DNA from: Eledone cirrhosa
Lineage: Eukaryota
Length of the DNA stretch: 64,000 nt
Direction of reading: 5' to 3'
Assembly: GCA_964016885.1 (NCBI GenBank)
Contig: OZ024764.1
Coordinates: 27,218,001-27,282,000 of the forward strand
Of this stretch, positions 1 to 12,900 are shown piece by piece. The notes below the pieces were generated by a model, which saw nothing but the letters and a program-made list of their open reading frames with translations, did no database searches and was not told the origin of the DNA. The translations under genes and the position numbers were made by a program. Each line of letters begins with the position of its first letter. Positions within the stretch are counted from its first letter, which is position 1.

Positions 1-3000
1 TGAAATGACAGAGAGAGAGCGAGATGAAATGAGAGAGAGAGAGAGCGAGATGAAACGAGACAGAGAGAGCGGGATGAAACGAGACAGAGAGATCGAGATG
101 AAATGAGAGAGAGAGAGCGAGATGAAATGAGAGAGAGAGAGAGCGAGATGAAACGAGAGAGTGAGAGCGAGATGGAACGAGTCAGAGAGAGCGAGATGAA
201 ACGAGAGAGTGAGAGCTAGATGAAACGAGAGAGAGAGGAAACGAGAGAGGAAACGAGAGAGAGGAAACGAGAGAGAGGAAACGAGAGTAGAGAGCAAGAT
301 GAAACAGGAGAGAGAGAGCGAGAGAGAGATAGAGGGAGATGAAACGAGAGAGTGATAGCTAGATGAAACGAGAGAGAGAGGAATAGAGAGATGGAACGAG
401 AGAGAGGAAGACAGATATGAAACGAGAGAGAGAGAGAGCGAGATGAAACGAGAGAGAGGAAGAGAGCGCGAGATGAAACGAGAGAGAGAGAGCGAGATGA
501 AACGAGAGAGAGCGAGATGAAACGAGAGAGAGGAAGAGAGAGAGCGCGAGATGAAAGTCTGTCATGTAATGTTATGGACATATCTGCCCTTGGGGCTAAT
601 AATTGTCATGTAATGTTATGGACATATCTACCCTTGGGGCTAATAATTGTCATGTAATGTTATGTACATCTCTGCCCCTGTGGCAAATAATTCTGTCATG
701 TAATGTTATGGACACCTCTGTCCCTGTGGCTAATAATTATGTCATGTAATGTTATGGACATCTCTGCCCCTGTGGCTAATAATTCTGTCATGTAATGTTA
801 TGGACATCTCTGCCCCTGTGGCTAATAAATTCGTCATGTAATGTTATGGACATCTCTGCCCCTGTGGCTAATAAATCTGTCATGTAATGTTTTGGACATC
901 TCTTCCCCTGTGGCCAATAATTCTGACATGTAATGTTATGGATATCTCTGCCCCTGTGGCTAATAATTCTGAGAGAGATGAAACAAGTGAGGGATAAGAG
1001 AGAGATGAAACAAGTGAGGGATTAGAGTGTTGAAACAAGAGAGAGAGAGGAAGAGAGAGTGAGAGCGAGATCAAACGAGAGAGAGAGAGCGAGATGAAAT
1101 GAGAGAGTGAGAGCGAGATGAAACGAGAGAGAGAGAGCGAGATGAAATGAGAGAGAGAGAGCGAGATGAAATGAGAGAGAGAGAGCGAGATGAAACGAGA
1201 CAGAGAGAGCGAGGTGAAACGAGAGAGAGAGAGAGCGAAATGAAACGAGACAGATTAGAGCGAGATGAAACGAGAGAGAGAGAGAGCAAGATGAAATGAG
1301 AGAGAGAGAGCGAGATGAAACGAGAGAGTGAGAGCTAGAGGAAACGATAGAGAGAGGAAACGAGAGAGAGAGGAAACGAGAGAGAGGATACGAGAGAGAG
1401 GAAACGAGAGTAGAGAGCGAGATGAAACAGGAGAGAGAGAGCGAGATGAAACAGGAGAGAGAGAGCGAGATGAAACGAGAGGGAGAGTGAGATGAAACGA
1501 GAGAGCGAGAGAGAGATAGAGGGAGATGAAACGACAGAGAGAGAGACAGATGAAACGAGGGAGATAGAGATGAAACGAGAGAGAGAGATGAAACGAGAGA
1601 GAGGAAGCGAGAGATGGAACGAGAGAGAGGAAGAGAGAGATGGAACGAGAGAGAGGAAGACATAGATGAAACGAGAGAGAGAGAGAGCTAGATGAAACGA
1701 GAGAGAGGAAGAGAGAGAACGCGAGATGAAACGAGAGAGAGAGCAAGATGAAACGAGAGAGAGGAAGAGAGAGAGCGCAAGATGAAACGAGAGAGAGAGA
1801 GCGCGAGATGGAAGTCTGTCATGTAATGTTATGGACATATCTGCCCTTGGGGCTAATAATTGTCATGTAATGTTATGGAAATCTCTGCCCCTGTGGCTAA
1901 TAATTCTGTCATGTAATGTTATGGACATCTCTGCCCCTGTGGCTAATAATTCTGTCATGTAATGTTATGGACATCTCTGCCCCTGTGGCTAATAAATCTG
2001 TCATGTAATGTCATGGACATCTCTGCCCCTGTGGCTAATAATTCTGACATGTAATGTTATGGACATCTCTGCCCCTGTGGCTAATAAATATGACATGTAA
2101 TGTTATGGACATCTCTGCCCCTGTGGCTAATAAATCTGTCATGTAATGTTATGGACATCTCTGCCCCTGTGGCTAATAATTCTGACATGTAATGTTATGG
2201 ACATCTCTGCCCCTGTGGCTAATAAATCTGTCATGTAATGTTATGGACATCTCTGCCCCTGTGGCTAATAATTCTGACATGTAATGTTATGGATATCTCT
2301 GCCCCTGTGGCTAATAATTCTGAGAGAGATGAAACAAGTGAGGGATAAGAGAGAGATGAAACAAATGAGGGATTAGAGTGTTGAAACAAGAGAGAGAGAG
2401 GAAGAGAGAGTGAGAGCGAGATCAAACGAGAGAGAGAGAGCGAGATGAAATGAGAGAGTGAGAGCGAGATCAAACGAGAGAGAGAGAGCGAGATGAAATG
2501 AGAGAGCGAGAGCGAGATGAAATGAGAGAGAGAGAGCGAGATGAAACGAGACAGAGAGAGCGAGATGAAACGAGAGAGAGAGAGAGAGCGAAATGAAACG
2601 AGACAGATTAGAGCGAGATGAAACGAGAGAGAGAGAGCGAGATGAAATGAGAGAGAGAGAGCGAGATGAAACGAGAGAGTGAGAGCTAGAGGAAACGAGA
2701 GAGAGAGGAAACGAGAGAGAGGATACGAGAGAGAGGAAACGAGAGTAGAGAGCGAGATGAAACAGGAGAGAGAGAGCGAGATGAAACAGGAGAGAGAGAG
2801 CGAGATGAAACGAGAGGGAGAGAGAGATGAAACGAGAGAGCGAGAGAGAGATAGAGGGAGATGAAACGACAGAGAGAGAGACAGATGAAACGAGGGAGAT
2901 AGAGATGAAACGAGAGAGAGAGATGAAACGAGAGAGAGGAAGAGAGAGATGGAACGAGAGAGAGGAAGAGAGAGATGGAACGAGAGAGAGGAAGACAGAG

Positions 3001-6000
3001 ATGAAACGAGAGGGAGATAGAGCGAGATGAAACGAGAGAGAGGAAGAGAGAACGCGAGATGAAACGAGAGAGAGAGAGAGCAAGATGAAACGAGAGAGAG
3101 GAAGAGAGAGAGCGCAAGATGAAACGAGAGAGAGAGCGCGAGATGAAAGTCTGTCATGTAATGTTATGGACATATCTGCCCTTGGGGCTAATAATTGTCA
3201 TGTAATGTTATGGAAATCTCTGCCTCTGTGGCTAACAATTCTTTCATGTAATGTTATGGACATCTCTGCCCCTGTGGCTAATAATTCTGTCATGTAATGT
3301 TATGGACATCTCTGCCCCTGTGGCTAATAAATCTGTCATGTAATGTTATGGACATCTCTGCCCCTGTGGCTAATAATTCTGACATGTAATGTTATGGACA
3401 TCTCTGCCCCTGTGGCTAATAAATATGACATGTAATGTTATGGACATCTCTGCCCCTGTGGCTAATAAATCTGTCATGTAATGTTATGGACATCTCTGCC
3501 CCTGTGGCTAATAATTCTGACATGTAATGTTATGGACATCTCTGCCCCTGTGGCTAATAATTCTGAGAGAGATGAAACAAGTGAGGGATTAGAGAGAGAT
3601 GAAACAAGTGAGGGATTAGAGTGTTGAAACAAGAGAGAGAGAGAGGAAGAGAGAGTGAGAGCGAAATCAAACGAGAGAGAGCGAGATGAAATGAGAGAGT
3701 GAGAGCGAGATGAAACGAGAGAGAGAGAGAGAGCGAGATGAAATGAGAGAGAGAGAGCGAGATGAAATGAGAGAGAGAGAGCGAGATGAAACGAGACAGA
3801 GAGAGCGGGATGAAACGAGACAGAGAGAGCGAGAGCGAGATGAAACGAGACAGAGAGAGCGAGATGAAACGAGAGAGAGAGAGCGAGATGAAATGAGAGA
3901 GAGAGAGAGAGATGAAATGAGAGAGAGAGAGCGAGATGAAACGAGAGAGTGAGAGCGAGATGGAACGAGACAGAGAGAGCGAGATGAAACGAGAGTGGGA
4001 GAGCTAGATGAAACGAGAGAGATAGGAAACGAGAGAGACGAAACGAGAGAGAGGAAACGAGAGTAGAGAGCGAGATGAAACAGGAGAGAGAGAGCGAGAT
4101 GAAACAGGAGAGAGAGAGCGAGATGAAACGAGAGGGAGAGAGAGATGAAACGAGAGAGCGAGAGAGAGATAGAGGGAGATGAAACGACAGAGAGAGAGAC
4201 AGATGAAACGAGGGAGATAGAGATGAAACGAGAGAGAGAGATGAAACGAGAGAGAGGAAGAGAGAGATGGAACGAGAGAGAGGAAGGGAGAGATGGAACG
4301 AGAGAGAGGAAGACAGAGATGAAACGAGAGAGAGAGAGAGCAAGATGAAACGAGAGAGAGAGATGAAACGAGAGAGAGGAAGAGAGAGATGGAACGAGAG
4401 AGAGGAAGAGAGAGATGGAACGAGCGAGAGGAAGACAGAGATGAAACGAGACAGAGAGAGATCGAGATGAAACGAGAGAGAGGAAGAGAGAGAGCGCAAG
4501 ATGAAACGAGAGAGAGAGAGAGAGCGAGATGAAACGAGAGAGAGGAAGAGAGAGAGCGCGAGATGAAACGAGAGAGAGGAAGAGAGAGAGCGCGAGATGA
4601 AATGAGAGAGAGAGAGCGAGATGAAATGAGAGATTGAGAGTGAGATGAAACGAGAGAGTGAGAGAGAGCGAGATGAAATGACAGAGAGAGAGCGAGATGA
4701 AATGAGAGAGAGAGAGAGCGAGATGAAACGAGACAGAGAGAGCGGGATGAAACGAGACAGAGAGATCGAGATGAAATGAGAGAGAGAGAGCGAGATGAAA
4801 TGAGAGAGAGAGAGCGAGATGAAACGAGAGAGTGAGAGCGAGATGGAACGAGTCAGAGAGAGCGAGATGAAACGAGAGAGTGAGAGCTAGATGAAACGAG
4901 AGAGAGAGGAAACGAGAGAGAGGAAACGAGAGAGAGGAAACGAGAGTAGAGAGCAAGATGAAACAGGAGAGAGAGAGCGAGAGAGAGATAGAGGGAGATG
5001 AAACGAGAGAGTGATAGCTAGATGAAACGAGAGAGAGAGGAATAGAGAGATGGAACGAGAGAGAGGAAGACAGATATGAAACGAGAGAGAGAGAGAGCGA
5101 GATGAAACGAGAGAGAGGAAGAGAGCGCGAGATGAAACGAGAGAGAGAGAGCGAGATGAAACGAGAGAGAGCGAGATGAAACGAGAGAGAGGAAGAGAGA
5201 GAGCGCGAGATGAAAGTCTGTCATGTAATGTTATGGACATATCTGCCCTTGGGGCTAATAATTGTCATGTAATGTTATGGACATATCTACCCTTGGGGCT
5301 AATAATTGTCATGTAATGTTATGTACATCTCTGCCCCTGTGGCAAATAATTCTGTCATGTAATGTTATGGACACCTCTGTCCCTGTGGCTAATAATTATG
5401 TCATGTAATGTTATGGACATCTCTGCCCCTGTGGCTAATAATTCTGTCATGTAATGTTATGGACATCTCTGCCCCTGTGGCTAATAAATTCGTCATGTAA
5501 TGTTATGGACATCTCTGCCCCTGTGGCTAATAAATCTGTCATGTAATGTTTTGGACATCTCTTCCCCTGTGGCTAATAATTCTGACATGTAATGTTATGG
5601 ATATCTCTGCCCCTGTGGCTAATAATTCTGAGAGAGATGAAACAAGTGAGGGATAAGAGAGAGATGAAACAAGTGAGGGATTAGAGTGTTGAAACAAGAG
5701 AGAGAGAGGAAGAGAGAGTGAGAGCGAGATCAAACGAGAGAGAGAGAGCGAGATGAAATGAGAGAGTGAGAGCGAGATGAAACGAGAGAGAGAGAGCGAG
5801 ATGAAATGAGAGAGAGAGAGCGAGATGAAATGAGAGAGAGAGAGCGAGATGAAACGAGACAGAGAGAGCGAGGTGAAACGAGAGAGAGAGAGAGCGAAAT
5901 GAAACGAGACAGATTAGAGCGAGATGAAACGAGAGAGAGAGAGAGCAAGATGAAATGAGAGAGAGAGAGCGAGATGAAACGAGAGAGTGAGAGCTAGAGG

Positions 6001-6980
6001 AAACGATAGAGAGAGGAAACGAGAGAGAGAGGAAACGAGAGAGAGGATACGAGAGAGAGGAAACGAGAGTAGAGAGCGAGATGAAACAGGAGAGAGAGAG
6101 CGAGATGAAACAGGAGAGAGAGAGCGAGATGAAACGAGAGGGAGAGTGAGATGAAACGAGAGAGCGAGAGAGAGATAGAGGGAGATGAAACGACAGAGAG
6201 AGAGACAGATGAAACGAGGGAGATAGAGATGAAACGAGAGAGAGAGATGAAACGAGAGAGAGGAAGCGAGAGATGGAACGAGAGAGAGGAAGAGAGAGAT
6301 GGAACGAGAGAGAGGAAGACAGAGATGAAACGAGAGAGAGAGAGAGCTAGATGAAACGAGAGAGAGGAAGAGAGAGAACGCGAGATGAAACGAGAGAGAG
6401 AGCAAGATGAAACGAGAGAGAGGAAGAGAGAGAGCGCAAGATGAAACGAGAGAGAGAGAGCGCGAGATGGAAGTCTGTCATGTAATGTTATGGACATATC
6501 TGCCCTTGGGGCTAATAATTGTCATGTAATGTTATGGAAATCTCTGCCCCTGTGGCTAATAATTCTGTCATGTAATGTTATGGACATCTCTGCCCCTGTG
6601 GCTAATAATTCTGTCATGTAATGTTATGGACATCTCTGCCCCTGTGGCTAATAAATCTGTCATGTAATGTTATGGACATCTCTGCCCCTGTGGCTAATAA
6701 TTCTGACATGTAATGTTATGGACATCTCTGCCCCTGTGGCTAATAAATATGACATGTAATGTTATGGACATCTCTGCCCCTGTGGCTAATAAATCTGTCA
6801 TGTAATGTTATGGACATCTCTGCCCCTGTGGCTAATAATTCTGACATGTAATGTTATGGACATCTCTGCCCCTGTGGCTAATAAATCTGTCATGTAATGT
6901 TATGGACATCTCTGCCCCTGTGGCTAATAATTCTGACATGTAATGTTATGGACATCTCTGCCCCTGTGGCTAATAATTCT
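1..6980 (+). repeat. Composite satellite array, purine-rich orientation (46-bp clusters alternating with GA-rich blocks); runs off the left edge
   Basis: 46-bp period seen directly (gtcatgtaat at 741 and 787). Clusters at about 560-970, 1817-2321, 3152-3565, 5219-5630 and 6476-6980 are separated by gagatgaaac(ga)n blocks. Confidence 0.97.
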
Positions 6981-9900
6981 GATTTATTAGCCACAGGGGC
7001 AGAGATGTCCATAACATTACATGACAGAATTATTAGCCACAGGGGCAGAGATTTCCATAACATTACATGTCAGAATTATTAGCCACAGGGGCAGATATGT
7101 CAATAACATTACATGACAGAGTTTCATCTTGCGCTCTCTCTCTCGTTTCATCTCGCTCTCCCTCTCTCTCGTTTCAACTCTGTCTTCCTCTCTCTCGTTT
7201 CATCTCGCTCTCTCTCTCTCTCGTTTCATCTCTGTCTTCCTCTCTCTCGTTCCATCTCTCTCTTCCTCTCTCTCGTTCCATCTCTCTCTTCCTCTCTTTC
7301 GTTTCATCTCTATCTCCCTTCTTTCATCTGTCTCTCTCTCTGTCGTTTCATCTCGCGCTCTCTCTCTCTCGTTTCATCTTGCGCTCTCTCTCTCTCGTTT
7401 CGTCTTGCTCTCTCTCTCTCTCGTTTCATCACTGTCTTCCTCTCTCTCGTTCCATCTCTCTATTCCTCTCTCTCGTTCCATCTCTCTCATCCTCTCTCTC
7501 GTTTCATCTCTATCTCCCTCCTTTCATCTGTCTCTCTCTCTGTCGTTTCATCTCGCGCTCTCTCTCTCTCGTTTCATCTTGCGCTCTCTCTCTCGTTTCA
7601 TCTCGTTCTCTCTCTCGTTTCATCTCTGTCTTCCTCTCTCTCGTTCCATCTCTCTCTTCCTCTCTCTCGTTCCATCTCTCTCTTCCTCTCTCTCGTTTCA
7701 TCTCTATCTCCCTTCTTTCATCTGTCTCGCTCTCTGTCGTTTCATCTCGCGCTCTCTCTCTCTCGTTTCATGTCGCGCTCTCTCTCTCTCGTTTCATCTC
7801 GCTCTCTCTCTCTCGTTTCATCTCTGTCTTCCTCTCTCTCGTGCCATCTCTCTCTTCCTCTCTCTCGTTTCATCTCTATCTCCCTTGTTTCATCTCTCTC
7901 TCGCTCTCTCGTTTCATCTCTCTCTCCCTCTCGTTTCATCTCGCTCTCTCTCTCCTGTTTCATCTCGCTCTCTCTCTCTCGTTTCATCTCTGTCTTCCTC
8001 TCTCTCGTTCCATCTCTGTCTTCCTCTCTCTGGTTCCATCTCTCGCTTCCTCTCTCTCGTTTCATCTCGCTCTCCCTCGTTTCATCTCTCTCTCGCTCTC
8101 TCGTTTCATCTCTCTCTCCCTCTCATTTCATCTCGCTCTCTCTCTCCTGTTTCATCTGGCTCTCTCTCTCTCCTGTTTCATCTCGCTCTCTACTCTCGTT
8201 TCCTCTCTCTCTCTCGTTTCATCTCTCTCTCCCTCCCGTTTCATCTCGCTCTCTCTCTCTCATTTCATCTCGCTCTCTCTCTCTCGTTTCATCTCGCTCT
8301 CCCTCTCTCGTTTCATCCCGCTCTCACTCTCTCATTTCTTCTCGCTCTCTCTCTCTTGTTTCAACACTCTAATCCCTCACTTGTTTACTATCTCTCAGAA
8401 TTATTAGCCACAGGGGCAGAGATGACCATAACATTACATGTCAGAAATATTAGCCACAAGGGCAGAGATGTCCATAACATTACATGACAGAATTATTAGC
8501 CACAGGGGCAGAGATGACCATAACATTACATGACAATTATTAGCCACAGGGGCAGATATGTCAATAACATTACATGACAGAGTTTCATCTCGCGCTCTCT
8601 CTCTCTCGTTTCATCTTGCGCTCTCTCTCTCTCTCGTTTCATCTTGCTCTCTCTCTCGTTTCATCTCTGTCTTCCTCTCTCTCGTTCCATCTCTCTCTTC
8701 CTCTCTCTCGTTCCATCTCTCTCATCCTCTCTCTCGTTTCATCTCTATCTCCCTCCTTTCATCTGTCTCTCTCTCTGTCGTTTCATCTCGCGCTCTCTCT
8801 CTCTCGTTTCATCTCGCGCTCTCTCTGTCTCGTTTCATCTCGCTCTCTCTCTCTCTCGTTTCATCTCTGTCTTCCTCTCTCTCGTTCCATCTCTCTCTTC
8901 CTCTCTCTCGTTCCATCTCTCTCTTCCTCTCTCTCGTTTCATCTCTATCTCCCTCGTTTCATCTCTCTCTCGCTCTCTCGTTTCATCTCTCTCTCCCGCT
9001 CGTTTCTTTTCGCTCTCTCTCTCCTGTTTCATCTCGCTCTCTACTCTCGTTTCCTCTCTCTCATTTCCTCTCTCTCTCGTTTCCTCTCTGTCTCGTTTCA
9101 TCTCGCTCTCTCTCTTTCTCGTTTGATCTCGCTCTCACTCTCTCGTTTCATCTCGCTTCTCTCACTCTCTTGTTTCATCTCGCTCTCTCTCTCTCTTCCT
9201 CTCTCTCTCTTGTTTCAACACTCTAATCCCTCACTTGTTTTATCTCTCTCTAATCCCTCACTTGGTTCATCTCTCTCAGAATTATTAGCCACAGGGGCAG
9301 AGATGTCCATAACATTACATGTCAGAATTATTAGCCACAGGGCAGAGATGTCCATAACATTACATGTCAGAATTATTAGCCACTGGGGCAGAGATGTCCA
9401 TAACATTACATGTCAGAATTATTAGCCACAGGGGTAGAGATGTCCATAACATTACATGACAGAATTATTAGCCACAGGGGCAGTGATGTCCATAACATTA
9501 CATGACAATTATTAGCCCCAAGGGCAGATATGTCCATAACATTACATGACAGAGTTCCATCTCGCGCTCTCTCTCTTCCTCTCTCTCGTTTCATCTCGCT
9601 CTCTCTCTCTCTCGTTTCATCTCGCTCTCTCGTTTCATCTCGCTCTCTCTCGTTTCATCTCTGTCTTCCTCTCTCTCGTTCCATCTCTCTCTTCCTCTCT
9701 CTCGTTTCATTTCTATCTCCCTCCTTTCATCTGTCTCTCTCTCTGTCGTTTCATCTCGCGCTCTCTCTCTCTCGATTCATCTCGCGCTCTCTCTCTCTCG
9801 TTTCATCTCGCTCTCTCTCTCTCTCGTTTCATCTCTGTCTTCCTCTCTCGCGTTCCATCTCTCTCTTCCTCCCTCTCTTCCTCTCTCTCGTTTCATCTCT

Positions 9901-12900
9901 ATCTCCCTCGTTTCATCTCTCTCTCCCTCTCGTTTCATCTCGCTCTCTCTCTCCTGTTTCATCTCGCTCTCTACTCTCGTTTCCTCTCTCTCGTTTCCTC
10001 TCTGTCTCGTTCCATCCCGCTCTCTCTCTCTCTCATTACATCTCGCTCTCTCTGTCTCGTTTCATCTCGCTCTCTCTCTCTCTCGTTTCATCTCGCTCTC
10101 ACTCTCTCGTTTCATCTCGCGTTTCATCTCACTCTCCCTGTCTCATTTCACCTCGCTCTCTCTCTCTCTTCCTCTCTCTCTCTTGTTTCAACACTCTAAT
10201 CCCTCACTTGTTTTATCTCTCTCTAATCCCTCACTTGTTTCATCTCTCTCAGAATTATTAGCCACAGGGGCAGAGATGTCCATAACATTACATGTCAGAA
10301 TTATTAGCCACAGGGCAGAGATGTCCATAACATTACATGTCAGAGTTATTAGCCACAGGGGCAGAGATGTCCATAACATTACATGTCAGAATTATTAGCC
10401 ACGGGGGCGGAGACGTCCATAACATTACATGACAGAATTATTAGCCACAGGGGCAGAGATGACCATAACATTACATGACAATTATTAGCCACAGGGGCAG
10501 ATATATCAATAACATTACATGATAGAGTTTCATCTCGCGCTCTCTCTCTCTCGTTTCATCTTGCTCTCTCTCTCTCTCGTTTCATCTCTGTCTTCCTCTC
10601 TCTCGTTCCATCTCTCTCTTCCTCTCTCCCGTTCCATCTCTCTCATCCTCTCTCTCGTTTCATCTCTATCTCCCTCCTTTCATCTGTCTCTCTCTGTCGT
10701 TTCATCTCGTGCTCTCTCTCTCTCGTTTCATCTCGCGCTCTCTCTGTCTCGTTTCATCTCGCTCTCTCTCTCTCTCGTTTCATCTCTGTCTTCCTCTCTC
10801 ACGTTCCATCTCTCTCTTCCTCTCTCTCGTTCCCTCTCTCTCTTCCTCTCTCTCGTTTCATCTCTATCTCCCTCGTTTCATCTCTCTCTCGCTCTCTCGT
10901 TTCATCTCTCTCTCCCTCTCGTTTCATCTCGCTCTCTACTCTCGTTTCCTCTCTCTCGTTTCCTCTCTGTCTCGTTCCATCCCGCTCTCTCTCTCTCACA
11001 TTACATCTCGCTCTCTCTGTCTCGTTTCATCTCGCTCTCTCTCTCTCTCGTTTCATCTCGCTCTCACTCTCTCGTTTCATCTCGCTTCTCTCACTATTGC
11101 GTTTCATCTCGCTCTCCCTGTCTCATTTCATCTCGCTCTCTCTCTCTCTCTTCCTCTCTCTCTCTTGTTTCAACACTCTAATCCCTCACTTGTTTTATCT
11201 CTCTCTAATCCCTCCCTTGTTTCATCTCTCTCAGAATTATTAGCCACTGGGGCAGAGATGTCCATAACATTACATGTCAGAGTTATTAGCCACAGGGGCA
11301 GAGATGTCCATAACATTACATGACAGAGTTTCATCTCGCGCTCTCTCTCTCTCGTTTCATCTCGCGCTCTCTCTCTTCCTCTCTCTCGTTTCATCTCGCT
11401 CTCTCTCTCTCTCGTTTCACCTCTGTCTTTCATCTCTCTCTTCCTCTCTCTCGTTCCATCTCTCTCTTCCTCTCTCTCGTTTCATCTCTATCTCCCTCCT
11501 TTCATCTGTCTCTCTCTCTGTCGTTTCATCTCGCGCTCTCTCTCTCTCGTTTCATCTCGCGCTCTCTCTCTCTCGTTTCATCTCGCTCTCTCTCTCTCTC
11601 GTTACATCTCTGTCTTCCTCTCTCTCGTTCCATCTCTCTCTTCCTCTCTCTCTTCCTCTCTCTCGTTTCATCTCTATCTCCCTCGTTTCATCTCTCTCTC
11701 CCTCTCGTTTCATCTCGCTCTCTCTCTCCTGTTTCATCTCGCTCTCTACTCTCGTTTCCTCTCTCTCGTTTCCTCTCTGTCTCGTTCCATCCCGCTCTCT
11801 TTCTCTCATTACATCTCGCTCTCTCTGTCTCGTTTCATCTCGCTCTCTCTCTCTCTCGTTTCATCTCGCTCTCACTCTCTCGTTTCATCTCGCGTTTCAT
11901 CTCACTCTCCCTGTCTCATTTCATCTCGCTCTCTCTCTCTCTTCCTCTCTCTCTCTTGTTTCAACACTCTAATCCCTCACTTGTTTTATCTCTCTCTAAT
12001 CCCTCACTTGTTTCATCTCTCTCAGAATTATTAGCCACAGGGGCAGAGATGTCCATAACATTACATGTCAGAATTATTAGCCACAGGGCAGAGATGTCCA
12101 TAACATTACATGTCAGAATTATTAGCCACAGGGGCAGAGATGTCCATAACATTACATGTCAGAATTATTAGCCACAGGGGCGGAGACGTCCATAACATTA
12201 CATGACAGAATTATTAGCCACAGGGGCAGAGATGACCATAACATTACATGACAATTATTAGCCACAGGGGCAGATATATCAATAACATTACATGATAGAG
12301 TTTCATCTCGCGCTCTCTCTCTCTCGTTTCATCTTGCGCTCTCTCTCTCTCGTTTCATCTTGCTATCTCTCTCTCTCGTTTCATCTCTGTATTCCTCTCT
12401 CTCGTTCCATCTCTCTATTCCTCTCTCTCGTTCCATCTCTCTCATCCTCTCTCTCGTTTTATCTGTATCTCCCTCCTTCAATCTGTCTCTCTCTCTGTCG
12501 TTTCATCTCGTGCTCTCTCTGTCTCGTTTCATCTCGCGCTCTCTCTGTCTCGTTTCATCTCGCTCTCTCTCTCTCTCTCGTTTCATCTCTGTCTTCCTCT
12601 CTCTCGTTCCATCTCTCTCTTCCTCTTTCTCGTTCCATCTCTCTCTTCCTCTCTCTCGTTTCATCTCTGTCTCCCTCGTTTCATCTCTCTCTCGCTCTCT
12701 CGTTTCATCTCTCTCTCCCTCTCGTTTCATCTCGCTCTCTACTCTCGTTTCCTCTCTCTCGTTTCCTCTCTGTCTCGTTCCATCCCGCTCTCTCTCTCTC
12801 TCATTACATCTCGCTCTCTCTGTCTCGTTTCATCTCGCTCTCTCTCGCTCTCGTTTCATCTCGCTCTCACTCTCTCGTTTCATCTCGCTTCTCTCACTAT

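Noticed and set aside
560-970. CRISPR-like look of the 46-bp repeats and the 55-bp array
   Set aside because: Monomers are directly adjacent with no unique spacers, there are no cas genes, and the context is eukaryotic.
985-1030. gagggattag linker as a telomeric repeat
   Set aside because: No TTAGGG or TTAGG arrays are present. Only the strand polarity of the arms is telomere-like.
6988-7003. CTCF site in the 46-bp monomer (ccacaggggcag)
   Set aside because: It is two bases shorter than the CCASYAGRKGGCR core, so the spacing does not fit.
6900-7060. Inversion as a chimeric fold-back read artefact
   Set aside because: The same junction occurs twice, and the two arms carry different variants and cluster sizes rather than mirror sequence.
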